A stretch of DNA of 64,000 bases from an uncultured archaeon (GCA_964388035.1 CAYLZE010000001.1:1-64000), one strand, 5' to 3'. Positions 31,411 to 40,358 are shown, counted from the first letter of the stretch. Translations and numbers: made by a program. Notes: generated by a model from the sequence alone, not told the origin.

Positions 31411-32109
31411 ATGATTGAAACTACATTTTTTTCTAAGGATAATGAAATTTTTTGTAAATTCGATAATTGTACGGAATCCAAATTTGAAATTCTTGCCTTA
31501 CCGAGAGATTTTCTAACATGGCAGTCATCCACGAGATTAAAAATGTTAGAAATAATAAAACGGGGACATGCCGATGCCATTAGAACTCAACCGGCACATC
31601 TTCCTGTCTTAGCCACGATGACAAAAGGTCCTTTTTTCATAAATTTAACTACTAAAGGTATGGGATTGCTTCCCAAAGATGATAAGTTAGAAAAATTCAC
31701 CGATTTATTCAATGATGCAATCAAAAGATATAAATCAGGACCTTGGCAGGAAAGTTTAATGGAACGCATGGATATTGCAAATATGTTCTATGGGGACTTG
31801 GATAATTTTAATGATAAATTACTTGGAGGGTTAGAAATATTCGAGGGTCATACGCCCCAAAACTTAAAAAAGTATCCCTTGGCTTCACTATTATATACTG
31901 GAGATGCTCCAAAATTTCTAAGTTATCAATTTAATGGTTTTATTGAATTCATTGATAAAGAAAGTAAGTATTACAAGTTTTTACGAGCAGCCAGAGAATT
32001 ATTTGCGTTTGATGCATTTCACATCACACAAATTGACTATCCTTTTGGATATCTGTTCTATACCGTTGAAATTAAGAGTAAAACCCCCTATCCAAGAAGA
32101 ACTAACTAA
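31411..32109 (+). CDS. hypothetical protein, possibly FMN-binding split-barrel (PNPOx-like)
   Basis: HT..NL...P.ASLLY..SYQFNG.IEF pattern; weak. Confidence 0.5.
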   Translation: MIETTFFSKDNEIFCKFDNCTESKFEILALPRDFLTWQSSTRLKMLEIIKRGHADAIRTQPAHLPVLATMTKGPFFINLTTKGMGLLPKDDKLEKFTDLFNDAIKRYKSGPWQESLMERMDIANMFYGDLDNFNDKLLGGLEIFEGHTPQNLKKYPLASLLYTGDAPKFLSYQFNGFIEFIDKESKYYKFLRAARELFAFDAFHITQIDYPFGYLFYTVEIKSKTPYPRRTN

Positions 32110-32208
32110 ATTTTCAAACTTTAATAAATTTTAAATCAATTTTTTTTTAAAAAAATGGTATAAATTAATCGCAATACATTCACTAAATTCTAAATTTTAA
32201 AAAGAAAA

Positions 32209-33672
32209 ATGTATGATAAAATATTATTGGCATTAGATGGTTCCAGCTACTCTGATATGGCCTTAGATGCAGGAATTTTACTTTCAAGAAATAATTCAAC
32301 TACATTAGTTGGATGTCATGTTTATTCCTCACAAATGCATGCCATAAGATTTGTAGAAATGGAACCTGGCTTACCGGAAAGGTATCAAGAAGAAGAGAGG
32401 ATAAAATCCTTGAGAAATACCCATACTGATCTTATTGATACTGGTATGCAATTAATTTCAGATGCGTATATTTCTCCCATGATAAAAATGGCTCAGGAAC
32501 ATGGAGTAACATTTCAAGGAAGCACACCAGAAGGGAGGAATTATGTACAACTCCTTAGATTGATATGTGAAATTAAACCTGATTTGGTTATTTTAGGCGG
32601 TTATGGTCACGGAAAAGAATGTAACAATACATTAGGGAGCCTTACACAACGAATATTATTGCATGGAACTGATTCTGATCTTCTTATCGTGAAAGAACCG
32701 ATCAATTTTAAATATCGTCCTATCATTGTAGGTATCGATGGCAGCGAAAATAGTTATAATGCACTTACAAGAGCAATCAAGCTTTCCAAAATTGTTGGTG
32801 CTGAAATAAAAACCATCGCTGCGTATGATCCTTATTTTCATTCAGGAGTGTTTCGCACTATTTCAGATGCACTGCCGGAAAAAGATAAAGAACGATTTAA
32901 TTTTGTTGCTCAAGAAAAGCTACACGATGAAATCATTGACAAAGGCTTGGAAAAGTTATATTTTGAAGGACTGAAAAGGGGAGAATTGCTGGCTGAATCC
33001 ATGAAAAGCAAGGTGACAATGGAAGTCTTAATGGGAAAAGTATATACAAAAATTCTAAATTACGCTGATCTTAAAAATGCCGGGTTAATTGTCCTGGGCC
33101 GATGGGGACTTCATCAAGAGCAAGTGTCTTTAATAGGATCTAATACATTTAACATTGCCATGGCTTGTAATATGAATATCTTAATTGTATCGAAATCAAA
33201 TGGTCAAATAGAAATTCCTAATCTTCCTAAAGTAGAAAAATTACCTTTGAAATGGACATCAGAGGCACAAGATTTAATTAAAAACGTACCCGTTTTTGCA
33301 AGAAAAATGGCAATTGCCGCTATTGAAGATTACGCCCGTGAAAAAGGATTTTCTGAAGTAATTCCCGAAGTGGTTGAGGAGGTCGCTAATAATATGGGGA
33401 TGGGCGCAAAAATGGCGCCCTTAAAATCTACTGAGGAAGAGAAGCATGATAAACCGAAAGAAACTAACGAAAACAACATACCTGAAGCCCAGAAAATCGT
33501 GTTGAAAAAAATTAAGAAATTAGCTCCAAATTTTCATAAAAACATAGTGGGGAGCAAGATTGTTGGTGAAATCGTTGAGAAAGGAGAAATTAAATTAGTC
33601 TATGAAATAATAGAGGTATATCCTTCCAGTCCAGCGAAGGTAACAGAAAAAACAGCATTAGAGTTTAAATAA
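32209..33672 (+). CDS. tandem universal stress protein (2x USP) with PCP_red-like domain and small C-terminal beta domain
   Basis: KILLALDGS and IIVGIDGS, LGS/IGS motifs; WTSEAQ..I..VPVFARKMA...IEDYARE.G. Confidence 0.85.
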   Translation: MYDKILLALDGSSYSDMALDAGILLSRNNSTTLVGCHVYSSQMHAIRFVEMEPGLPERYQEEERIKSLRNTHTDLIDTGMQLISDAYISPMIKMAQEHGVTFQGSTPEGRNYVQLLRLICEIKPDLVILGGYGHGKECNNTLGSLTQRILLHGTDSDLLIVKEPINFKYRPIIVGIDGSENSYNALTRAIKLSKIVGAEIKTIAAYDPYFHSGVFRTISDALPEKDKERFNFVAQEKLHDEIIDKGLEKLYFEGLKRGELLAESMKSKVTMEVLMGKVYTKILNYADLKNAGLIVLGRWGLHQEQVSLIGSNTFNIAMACNMNILIVSKSNGQIEIPNLPKVEKLPLKWTSEAQDLIKNVPVFARKMAIAAIEDYAREKGFSEVIPEVVEEVANNMGMGAKMAPLKSTEEEKHDKPKETNENNIPEAQKIVLKKIKKLAPNFHKNIVGSKIVGEIVEKGEIKLVYEIIEVYPSSPAKVTEKTALEFK

Positions 33673-33673
33673 A

Positions 33674-34624
33674 ATGCCAGAAATAATGAATTTAAAGTCC
33701 ATTTCCAAGTCTTATGGGAAAATATTGGCTTTAGAAGATATTTCTCTCAGTTTGAATGAAGGAGAAATATTAGTCTTGTTAGGGCCTAATGGATCAGGCA
33801 AATCAACATTAGTTCGAATCATTGCTTCTTTAATACAACCAGACGCAGGAGAAATATATCGAAATGGATATACTCGTGAGTCTAAAAAGTTACACTTTTA
33901 TAGTCAATTGGGCTTATTGTTTGATCTATCCATTCACTGGGATAAATTATCCGGCTATGAAAATGCTTGGTTTTTTGCTAAAAATTATGGTTTGAGTAAC
34001 AAGGATGCCTCTGTTCGATTAGAGGAATTATTCAAATGGAGTAATTTATGGGAGAAAAAAGATGATCTCGTACAAACCTATTCCTTTGGAATGAAAAGAA
34101 AGTTAGCATTAATTGAAACTTTAATTCACAAACCTAAATTGCTCTTGTTAGATGAACCTACGATGGGTTTAGATTATAAATCGCGCATTGCATTCTATAC
34201 CCTTTTAAAAAATGAAGCAGAAAAAGGAACCTCGATCGTGTTAGCCACTAATGATGTGAATGAAGCGGCTTTTCTGGCTCATAAAGTAGCCTTCATGGAT
34301 AAAGGGAGAATATTGTTATTAGATACGCCAAAAAATTTAATGAATTCTCTTGAAACCTTTGTTAAAATCGAAATCACTCTTGCGCTTCCCATCGATCTTA
34401 CTTTTTTAAAGGAAATTTCGGACATTCAATATCTAAAAATCCTCGAAAATGAGGTAAACCAATTTAAAGCAGAAATACTTCTAAAACCTGAAAATTTGAA
34501 TAATTCCACGGGAATTTTAGCTCGAATTATCAATTTAATTGCAGTTAATCGGGGAATATTATTGAATTTTAATATAAAAAACCCCAGTTTAGGAGATATT
34601 TTTATAAAATTAACAGGTGATTGA
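33674..34624 (+). CDS. ABC transporter ATP-binding protein (ABC-2/DrrA type)
   Basis: GPNGSGKST, YSFGMKRK, LLLLDEPT. Confidence 0.95.
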   Translation: MPEIMNLKSISKSYGKILALEDISLSLNEGEILVLLGPNGSGKSTLVRIIASLIQPDAGEIYRNGYTRESKKLHFYSQLGLLFDLSIHWDKLSGYENAWFFAKNYGLSNKDASVRLEELFKWSNLWEKKDDLVQTYSFGMKRKLALIETLIHKPKLLLLDEPTMGLDYKSRIAFYTLLKNEAEKGTSIVLATNDVNEAAFLAHKVAFMDKGRILLLDTPKNLMNSLETFVKIEITLALPIDLTFLKEISDIQYLKILENEVNQFKAEILLKPENLNNSTGILARIINLIAVNRGILLNFNIKNPSLGDIFIKLTGD

Positions 34625-35325
34625 AAATGTTACCCAATAATTTATGGCAAGAAGAATTATTACTCTTTAGCAAGAATAAGAAAACCATGATAATCAAAAT
34701 TTTATTGCCATTTATTTTAACATCCCCTATCTTTTTTCAAGGCATTCCCGATGCAGTTAAAAGCGGAATTTTTACCTTGGCAATTATCTTTATAGGAATC
34801 TTTAGTTCTACCATTGGATTAATTCAATTGAAAGATAGTAAAATGTTAGAACGCTTGGCATTATTGCCCATTTCGAAGAAAAGGTTGGTCCTAGAGTATA
34901 TTTTTGTGAGAGGTTTTTTAGATTCTATTAAATTCGTCTTACCTTTAGGAATTATCATAATTCTCAATTTTCAGCTCTTTTCCGCTACCGCAATTGTTTG
35001 GCTTATAATTTGTTATCTATCTACAATCTTTGCAGCAAATAGTTTTGGCATTATTTTTGCAATAGTCTCCGGATCTTCTGCAGAAGCTCATTTGTACGCG
35101 ATTATCTCAGTGTTGTTAATTGTTGTTGTGTCGGGTGTTTTTGGGACCTTCAATTTTATTCTGCTAGATATCACATCTTCTATTTTACCCTTTCGATACT
35201 TTTCTAATTCATTAATCTTCTTTTTAAGCGGTCATCCTCAGGATCTATTTTTTTTGGCACCAATTTCAAGTATAGTAATCATCATCACAACTTTGATTAT
35301 CTCTTCCAATCTTTTTAAATTTTAA
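34621..35325 (+). CDS. ABC-2 type transporter permease
   Basis: about 6 TM, LERL.LLPI, LP..Y; overlaps the ATPase stop codon. Confidence 0.85.
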   Translation: MKMLPNNLWQEELLLFSKNKKTMIIKILLPFILTSPIFFQGIPDAVKSGIFTLAIIFIGIFSSTIGLIQLKDSKMLERLALLPISKKRLVLEYIFVRGFLDSIKFVLPLGIIIILNFQLFSATAIVWLIICYLSTIFAANSFGIIFAIVSGSSAEAHLYAIISVLLIVVVSGVFGTFNFILLDITSSILPFRYFSNSLIFFLSGHPQDLFFLAPISSIVIIITTLIISSNLFKF

Positions 35326-35485
35326 ACTAATATCAAAAATCTTTTTTTTAAGTGGGAGCAAATATAATTTTTATTTCTAAACAAGAATTTTATACATGAA
35401 TTTTAGATCATTTTTCTTAGTGTAAATTTAAAATAATGATGAGAAGAAATTATAAATTAACAAATATACTTAATAATCAACGAAC

Positions 35486-35504
35486 TTCATGTTTCAAACA
35501 TGAA
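35486..35504. promoter_or_regulatory. perfect palindrome TTCATGTTT-C-AAACATGAA upstream of the longin gene
   Basis: 9-bp arms with 1-nt centre, 64 bp before ATG 35569. Confidence 0.45.
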
Positions 35505-35568
35505 CCTTATTTTTTTATATTTCCTAAGATCATGAATTTATAAAGTTATTATTACATGTGAATTAAAG

Positions 35569-36675
35569 ATGGCAGATTTATTAATCATAAATGAAGCTGG
35601 TCAATTACTATATAGTTGGCATGAAGGGGAAACTACGGGGGATGATACCCTCATAAGCGGGTTTTTGATCGCTTTAAATAGTTTTGCAACCATTGAGAGA
35701 GGAGAAGAAATTAAATCCTTGAAATTAAAGGAAACTACCTTGATTTTCGAAAAATTTGAACAATATCTTCAGAAATTAGTATTCGTAATTACAACAAAAT
35801 CCGAAGATCTAATCACGTTGCTTTCTGAACTTTTAAAAGATATTATTCGCAAATTTACGGAAGTCTATGAAACAGATTTAAATAAGCAATTTAACGGAGA
35901 TGTTTCCATGTATAATAAATTTACTCCCGTAATGGAAGAACTTTTAAGATCTTATGGCATGGATGAATTAACTGCATACAAAAACAATATTGATGATGAA
36001 AACACCATGAAGGCAGTGATGTTTATAACACCTAAAGAGGGAGAGATTCTCTATATTCATGCCAAACAATATATCGATAAAAATAAAGTAAGTTATTTAA
36101 TGCCTTTTATTCACACCTCTGCATCTGTCTTCTTTAATAAAACCTTTAATCAGGAAATTAATCGAATTTTAATTCGAACTATTAAAGATGAAGGGCTCAT
36201 GGTAGAAAGTAGAAGTCTCGTATTACTCGCTACTCTCTATAAATTTCATGATGATTTTGAAGAACTCTTTGAGGCTCAGATTTCGTCTAAAAAACTAGAT
36301 AAATACGTGAAAAATATAGAGAAGCTTGAAAAAGTATTTCAGAAAATAAATTGGAATTCTGCCATTTCCGAATTGTATATTGTCAATCCGTTAGGAAAAC
36401 CACTTTTTCATTCATCACTAATTCATTCACAACAACAACAAGGAATTCTCTTCCCGGAGCTCATTACAGTTTTAACAAGCTCAGAAAATTTGTCCAAGCA
36501 ATTTTTCAACCGAGAATTATTTTTTTTTAGCATTTTGGGAAATCAAGAATTTGGGATTGCTTGCTTAAATTTTAAGGTATTTTATATGGTAATGTTATTT
36601 GATATTAAAAAGATGAACGATTTCCATTCCATTGAAATAGTTTGGAAAACATTATTGGAGGAAATCAATTTTTAA
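35569..36675 (+). CDS. longin-domain protein, probably three tandem longin-like units
   Basis: LLIINEAGQLLYS..LISGFLIALNSFA; similar hairpins VMFITPKEGEILY and LYIVNPLGKPLF at roughly 120-145 aa spacing. Confidence 0.7.
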   Translation: MADLLIINEAGQLLYSWHEGETTGDDTLISGFLIALNSFATIERGEEIKSLKLKETTLIFEKFEQYLQKLVFVITTKSEDLITLLSELLKDIIRKFTEVYETDLNKQFNGDVSMYNKFTPVMEELLRSYGMDELTAYKNNIDDENTMKAVMFITPKEGEILYIHAKQYIDKNKVSYLMPFIHTSASVFFNKTFNQEINRILIRTIKDEGLMVESRSLVLLATLYKFHDDFEELFEAQISSKKLDKYVKNIEKLEKVFQKINWNSAISELYIVNPLGKPLFHSSLIHSQQQQGILFPELITVLTSSENLSKQFFNRELFFFSILGNQEFGIACLNFKVFYMVMLFDIKKMNDFHSIEIVWKTLLEEINF

Positions 36676-36998
36676 CGATAGATAATTTTTGCCATATATA
36701 TTTCATTAAAGTTATCTTTAAATCTCTATTTAGAAAACTAATAGGCAATTTAAAATTCAATTTTTAAATAATTTCTTGTAAGATTAATTCGTGCTTCATA
36801 ATCTTTCACTTTCTTGAATAAGAAAGCGTTAAGACATGATGAAATAAAAATGTGATTGGAAACGTCAATCCCTAAAAACTGAATTCAGCTTCATCACTTG
36901 AAATGAGAATTGAGAATAGGTTAAGATTTATAGAGATAAAGAATTTCAATGGTAAAGATTTATATATCATAGTCTTAATCTTAGAATGAACTAAAAAT

Positions 36999-38000
36999 GT
37001 GAAATTTAAAATGTTTACACCTGAACAAATAAAAGATGTATTAAATGAAAACTGTATAAATCTTCGATTTCATGCGAGAGGCGGTCAAGGAGGAGTTACC
37101 GCGTCCAACTTATGCGTCGAAGCGTTTCAAGGGTATGGCGTATGTCAACCAAGCTTTGGCGCTGAAAGAATGGGCTCCCCTACTGAAAGCTATGTAAGAC
37201 TTTCCTTGAATGAAAATTTAGTTCGATCCAATGAACAAGTGTATGTTCCCCATTTTGTTTCTGTATTGGATCCCACGTTATTAACAGAGGTTGATGTAAC
37301 CGCAGGAGTACCAAGTGGAGGATGGTTAATCGTAAATACTACCATGAATCAAGAAGAAATACAAGATTTGGTAAAGCGAAAGGACTTGAATGTCGCTACA
37401 GTAGATGCCTTAAACATCGCAATGGAAATCTTGGGAAGAAACATTACAAATACTATTATTTTAGGTGCCTTAATCCGTGTATCTTACCTCTTTTCCTTGG
37501 ATCAACTTTCCGAAGCCATCATGACAAGATTCGTGGGAGAAATAGCGGGAAAAAATATGGAAGCAGTGAAACGAGCTTATGATGAAGTATGCGTTTACGA
37601 AAGCGGAGTTCAACTTGATTTCACCGTAGACTCTAAAATTCCTTGGCAACAAGTTCGACCTGGTTTGCCGGGATATAAAGAGCTTGATAAGTCCGGAGTA
37701 TGGTATTGTGATGAAGATGTAATTGAATACGGAAGTAATCAAGTAAAAACGGGATCGTGGGGAGAATGGGATGTAATTTGGATTGAAGATAAATGCACGG
37801 ATTGTGCCCTATGTTGGTATATTTGCCCCGATTTTGCCATCATGAGGAAAAAAGGAGATGATGGTCTGTGGCACATGGCAGGTATTGATTCTTATCATTG
37901 TAAATCTTGTTTAAATTGTCTCAACATTTGTCCTGTAAATGCAATTGATAAAAAATTAAGACAAGGGCCAGCATCATGCGCTGCGCCAGAAAAAGCATAG
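36999..38000 (+). CDS. porC: 2-oxoacid:ferredoxin oxidoreductase gamma subunit fused to delta (2x4Fe-4S) subunit
   Basis: RFHARGGQGGVT, PSFGAERMGSP, NT..LGA; C-terminal KTGSW, CTDCALCWYICPD, CKSCLNCLNICP. Confidence 0.92.
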   Translation: MKFKMFTPEQIKDVLNENCINLRFHARGGQGGVTASNLCVEAFQGYGVCQPSFGAERMGSPTESYVRLSLNENLVRSNEQVYVPHFVSVLDPTLLTEVDVTAGVPSGGWLIVNTTMNQEEIQDLVKRKDLNVATVDALNIAMEILGRNITNTIILGALIRVSYLFSLDQLSEAIMTRFVGEIAGKNMEAVKRAYDEVCVYESGVQLDFTVDSKIPWQQVRPGLPGYKELDKSGVWYCDEDVIEYGSNQVKTGSWGEWDVIWIEDKCTDCALCWYICPDFAIMRKKGDDGLWHMAGIDSYHCKSCLNCLNICPVNAIDKKLRQGPASCAAPEKA

Positions 38001-38010
38001 AGGTGGTATC

Positions 38011-39240
38011 ATGTCTATCGAACCTATGAAGTTATTCTTTAAAGAAATAAAAGAACCTGTCGAAACTGCGATGATAGGAAATTATGCAGTGGCTGGGGCA
38101 GTTACTCAAACGGATCCCGATGTAATTTGTGCGTTTCCTATAACCCCACAAACTCAATCTGTAGAAGGTCTCTCGGATGTCGTTCACCAAGGAAGACTCA
38201 AGGCTGCTTTCGTGAATGTTGAATCTGAACTGGCAGCAATAAGTTATTCTACTGCTGCGAGTGCTGCAGGTGCCAGAGCATTTACGGCGACCGCGTCTCA
38301 AGGTTTTTTATTGATGACAGAAGCCCTTCCCATGGCAGTGGGATGGCGCGTTCCTTTAACCATGATGATTTCAGCACGAGCTTTTAATTCTCCTAATTTA
38401 TCTATTTGGAATTCATGGGAATTTACCGAAGTAAATTCGGAATTGGGATGGAATTGCTTGGTCTCTGAAAATGTCCAAGAAACTTACGATGCAGCAATTA
38501 TATCAGTTATGGTTTCTGAAGATTCCTTATTTCCCACCATGTTTGTCCACGATGGCTTTATCATCTCTCATTCCGTACAAAAACTCTGGCTCATCCCCGA
38601 TGAAATTGTACGAAAAATGACACCAAAGAAACCCCGGCAAACGATTAATCCAGAAAATCCCGGAACATGGGGCGGAATCGTGACTCCGGATTTTTTCATG
38701 GAAGGTAGAAAAAAGTTAGATGAAGATAAAGAAGCGGTATTGGGCATCATGAAAAACTGCTTTAAAACGTTCGAAAAGGAGACGGGGCGCAAGTATGATC
38801 TAATTGAAACCTACAATCTTGATAATTCTTCAAAAACAGCCATCATAACGATGGGGTCAATGTGTGGAAATATTATAAGTTGGATGACGAAAAATCCCGA
38901 TATCGGCTTGATAAAAATTCGTGCCTTTCGTCCATTTCCCTATGCAGAATTGAGGAAAATCGTGGAAGAACACAATATTGAAAAGATCATCATCATTGAA
39001 AAATCAGATTCATTGAATGGAATGCTCCCTCCCTTTTCCATGTCGATTGCTAGCGCGTTATATCCCCTTGGAACTCTTTTCAGGAGCTTCATCGCGGGAT
39101 TAGGTGGGCGAGATGTTACCCGGGACGAATTTAATGTAGCTAAAAAGAAAATGGAAAAAGTAACGGACATGAATGGAAAATTATACATGTATTTAGGGGT
39201 TAGAGAAACAAAACAAAAAATTCACGAGGTTGATGCATAA
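38011..39240 (+). CDS. porA: 2-oxoacid:ferredoxin oxidoreductase alpha subunit
   Basis: FPITPQT, VESELAA, TATASQG, DGF..SH, FRPFP, GLGGRDV; GAGGTGG RBS. Confidence 0.95.
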   Translation: MSIEPMKLFFKEIKEPVETAMIGNYAVAGAVTQTDPDVICAFPITPQTQSVEGLSDVVHQGRLKAAFVNVESELAAISYSTAASAAGARAFTATASQGFLLMTEALPMAVGWRVPLTMMISARAFNSPNLSIWNSWEFTEVNSELGWNCLVSENVQETYDAAIISVMVSEDSLFPTMFVHDGFIISHSVQKLWLIPDEIVRKMTPKKPRQTINPENPGTWGGIVTPDFFMEGRKKLDEDKEAVLGIMKNCFKTFEKETGRKYDLIETYNLDNSSKTAIITMGSMCGNIISWMTKNPDIGLIKIRAFRPFPYAELRKIVEEHNIEKIIIIEKSDSLNGMLPPFSMSIASALYPLGTLFRSFIAGLGGRDVTRDEFNVAKKKMEKVTDMNGKLYMYLGVRETKQKIHEVDA

Positions 39241-40358
39241 TGTCAAAACCAGAAAATAATATCATTAACATGGAAGAAATTCTCGAGAGAAAGGAAAAAA
39301 GTAATGTCTTGTTTGTCAATTATGATAATGAGGCGTTCATGAATACTGGAAATTGAAAAAAAAATATTTTTTCAAACAGAGTTCAAGAATCAGGCGGAAC
39401 GCCTCCACATGCATCCACGACCACGGGTCCTGGGGGAGAAAAGATTCCTGGGAAGGTCGGTGTCAAGCAAGATTTAGTGACTCCATTCAGCTTTTTTGGA
39501 ACTAAATCACTATTTCTGGCCACGGCAAATCCAGCTTATCCCATGGATTTAATGGGAAAAGTAATGGAAGCATTAAAGACGAATGGTTCCGGTTTTATAC
39601 AAATCTTCAGCGATTGCATGCGTGGGTGGCGGCACGGCGCGGAAGACACGCTTAATGTCTCAAAATTGGCGACAGACTGTGGTTATTGGCCCCTTTTTAC
39701 CATTCGAGTTAAAAATGCCAAGCCTGTATATTCTTACTATCGTGGATTAGATGTAGATAAAGAAAAGTTTGAACAATTCTTGAAATCAATGGGTAGATTT
39801 AAACATTTATTTCGTCCTAAATTTATGGAAGAGGAAATAGATGAGATTATCTACTACACGGAACAACGAAATGCCCGATTAAAAGCTTTAATACAAGTGT
39901 TTGGAGCTGAAAAACCTGTAGATATTTATAGAATCAACCGAAAGAAATTAGAGCCTCAATACCATCTCCAACCAGGTCACGGTCTTTGTCCGGGATGCGG
40001 TGCGGGCATGTTCTTGAACCAAATGGCAACCGCAGCCACTCAAGTTGCGGGGAAAAATATTATTTACGTGAATAATACCAGCTGTTCCGAGGTTTCCACT
40101 TCAAAAGACAATGTATCTTCATGGAACGTTCCATGGGTGCATCATCTTTTTGAATCAGGGGCTACTATTGCGGAAGCTATTAGTACAACGTATAAAATTC
40201 TCAAATTTAAAAATATATATCAAGGAGAAGTGCCCTACGTCATACATATCGGAGGAGATGGCTCAACTTATGATATAGGTTTCCAATTCCTAAAATCGGC
40301 TCTCGTTAGGACAAGCAGTTTTGTAGAAATGAATGAATATTTAGCAAATCAAAAATAA
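39240..40358 (+). CDS. porB: 2-oxoacid:ferredoxin oxidoreductase beta subunit, circularly permuted and interrupted by a 30-nt insert containing TGA (39354-39356)
   Basis: ATG 39240 overlaps the porA TAA (TAATG) with GAGGT upstream; same frame as the 39477 ORF; reads NVLFVNYDNEAFMNTG-[N*KKNIFSNR]-VQESGGTPPHASTTT..SDCMRGW..PGHGLCPGCG..TSCSEV..GGDGSTYDIG. Confidence 0.9.
39352..39381 (+). other. candidate 30-nt bulge-helix-bulge/loop mRNA intron in porB
   Basis: stem 39353-61/39367-75; 3-nt bulge AAA 39350-52; helix CUGG 39346-49 with ACAG 39376-79 (3 of 4 Watson-Crick); excision gives in-frame NTGIQ. Confidence 0.6.

Noticed and set aside
39354-39356. TGA in porB as a selenocysteine codon
   Set aside because: It does not align to a conserved Cys, readthrough would leave 10 extra residues in the TPP motif, and the AUGA downstream at 40427 is explained by the ICMT remnant rather than a convincing SECIS.
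39350-39379. Spliceosomal-type intron (insert can end in ttttttcaaacag)
   Set aside because: No GT/GC/AT donor in that register; the T-run is explained by the hairpin.
39240-40358. Permuted porB restored by mRNA circularisation
   Set aside because: There is no stop or restart between the halves, so a circle would be read without end; I saw no leader-trailer BHB.
39477-40358. ORF-track start of porB at GTG 39477
   Set aside because: It would omit the essential YDN/NTG/TP motifs that lie in frame upstream.
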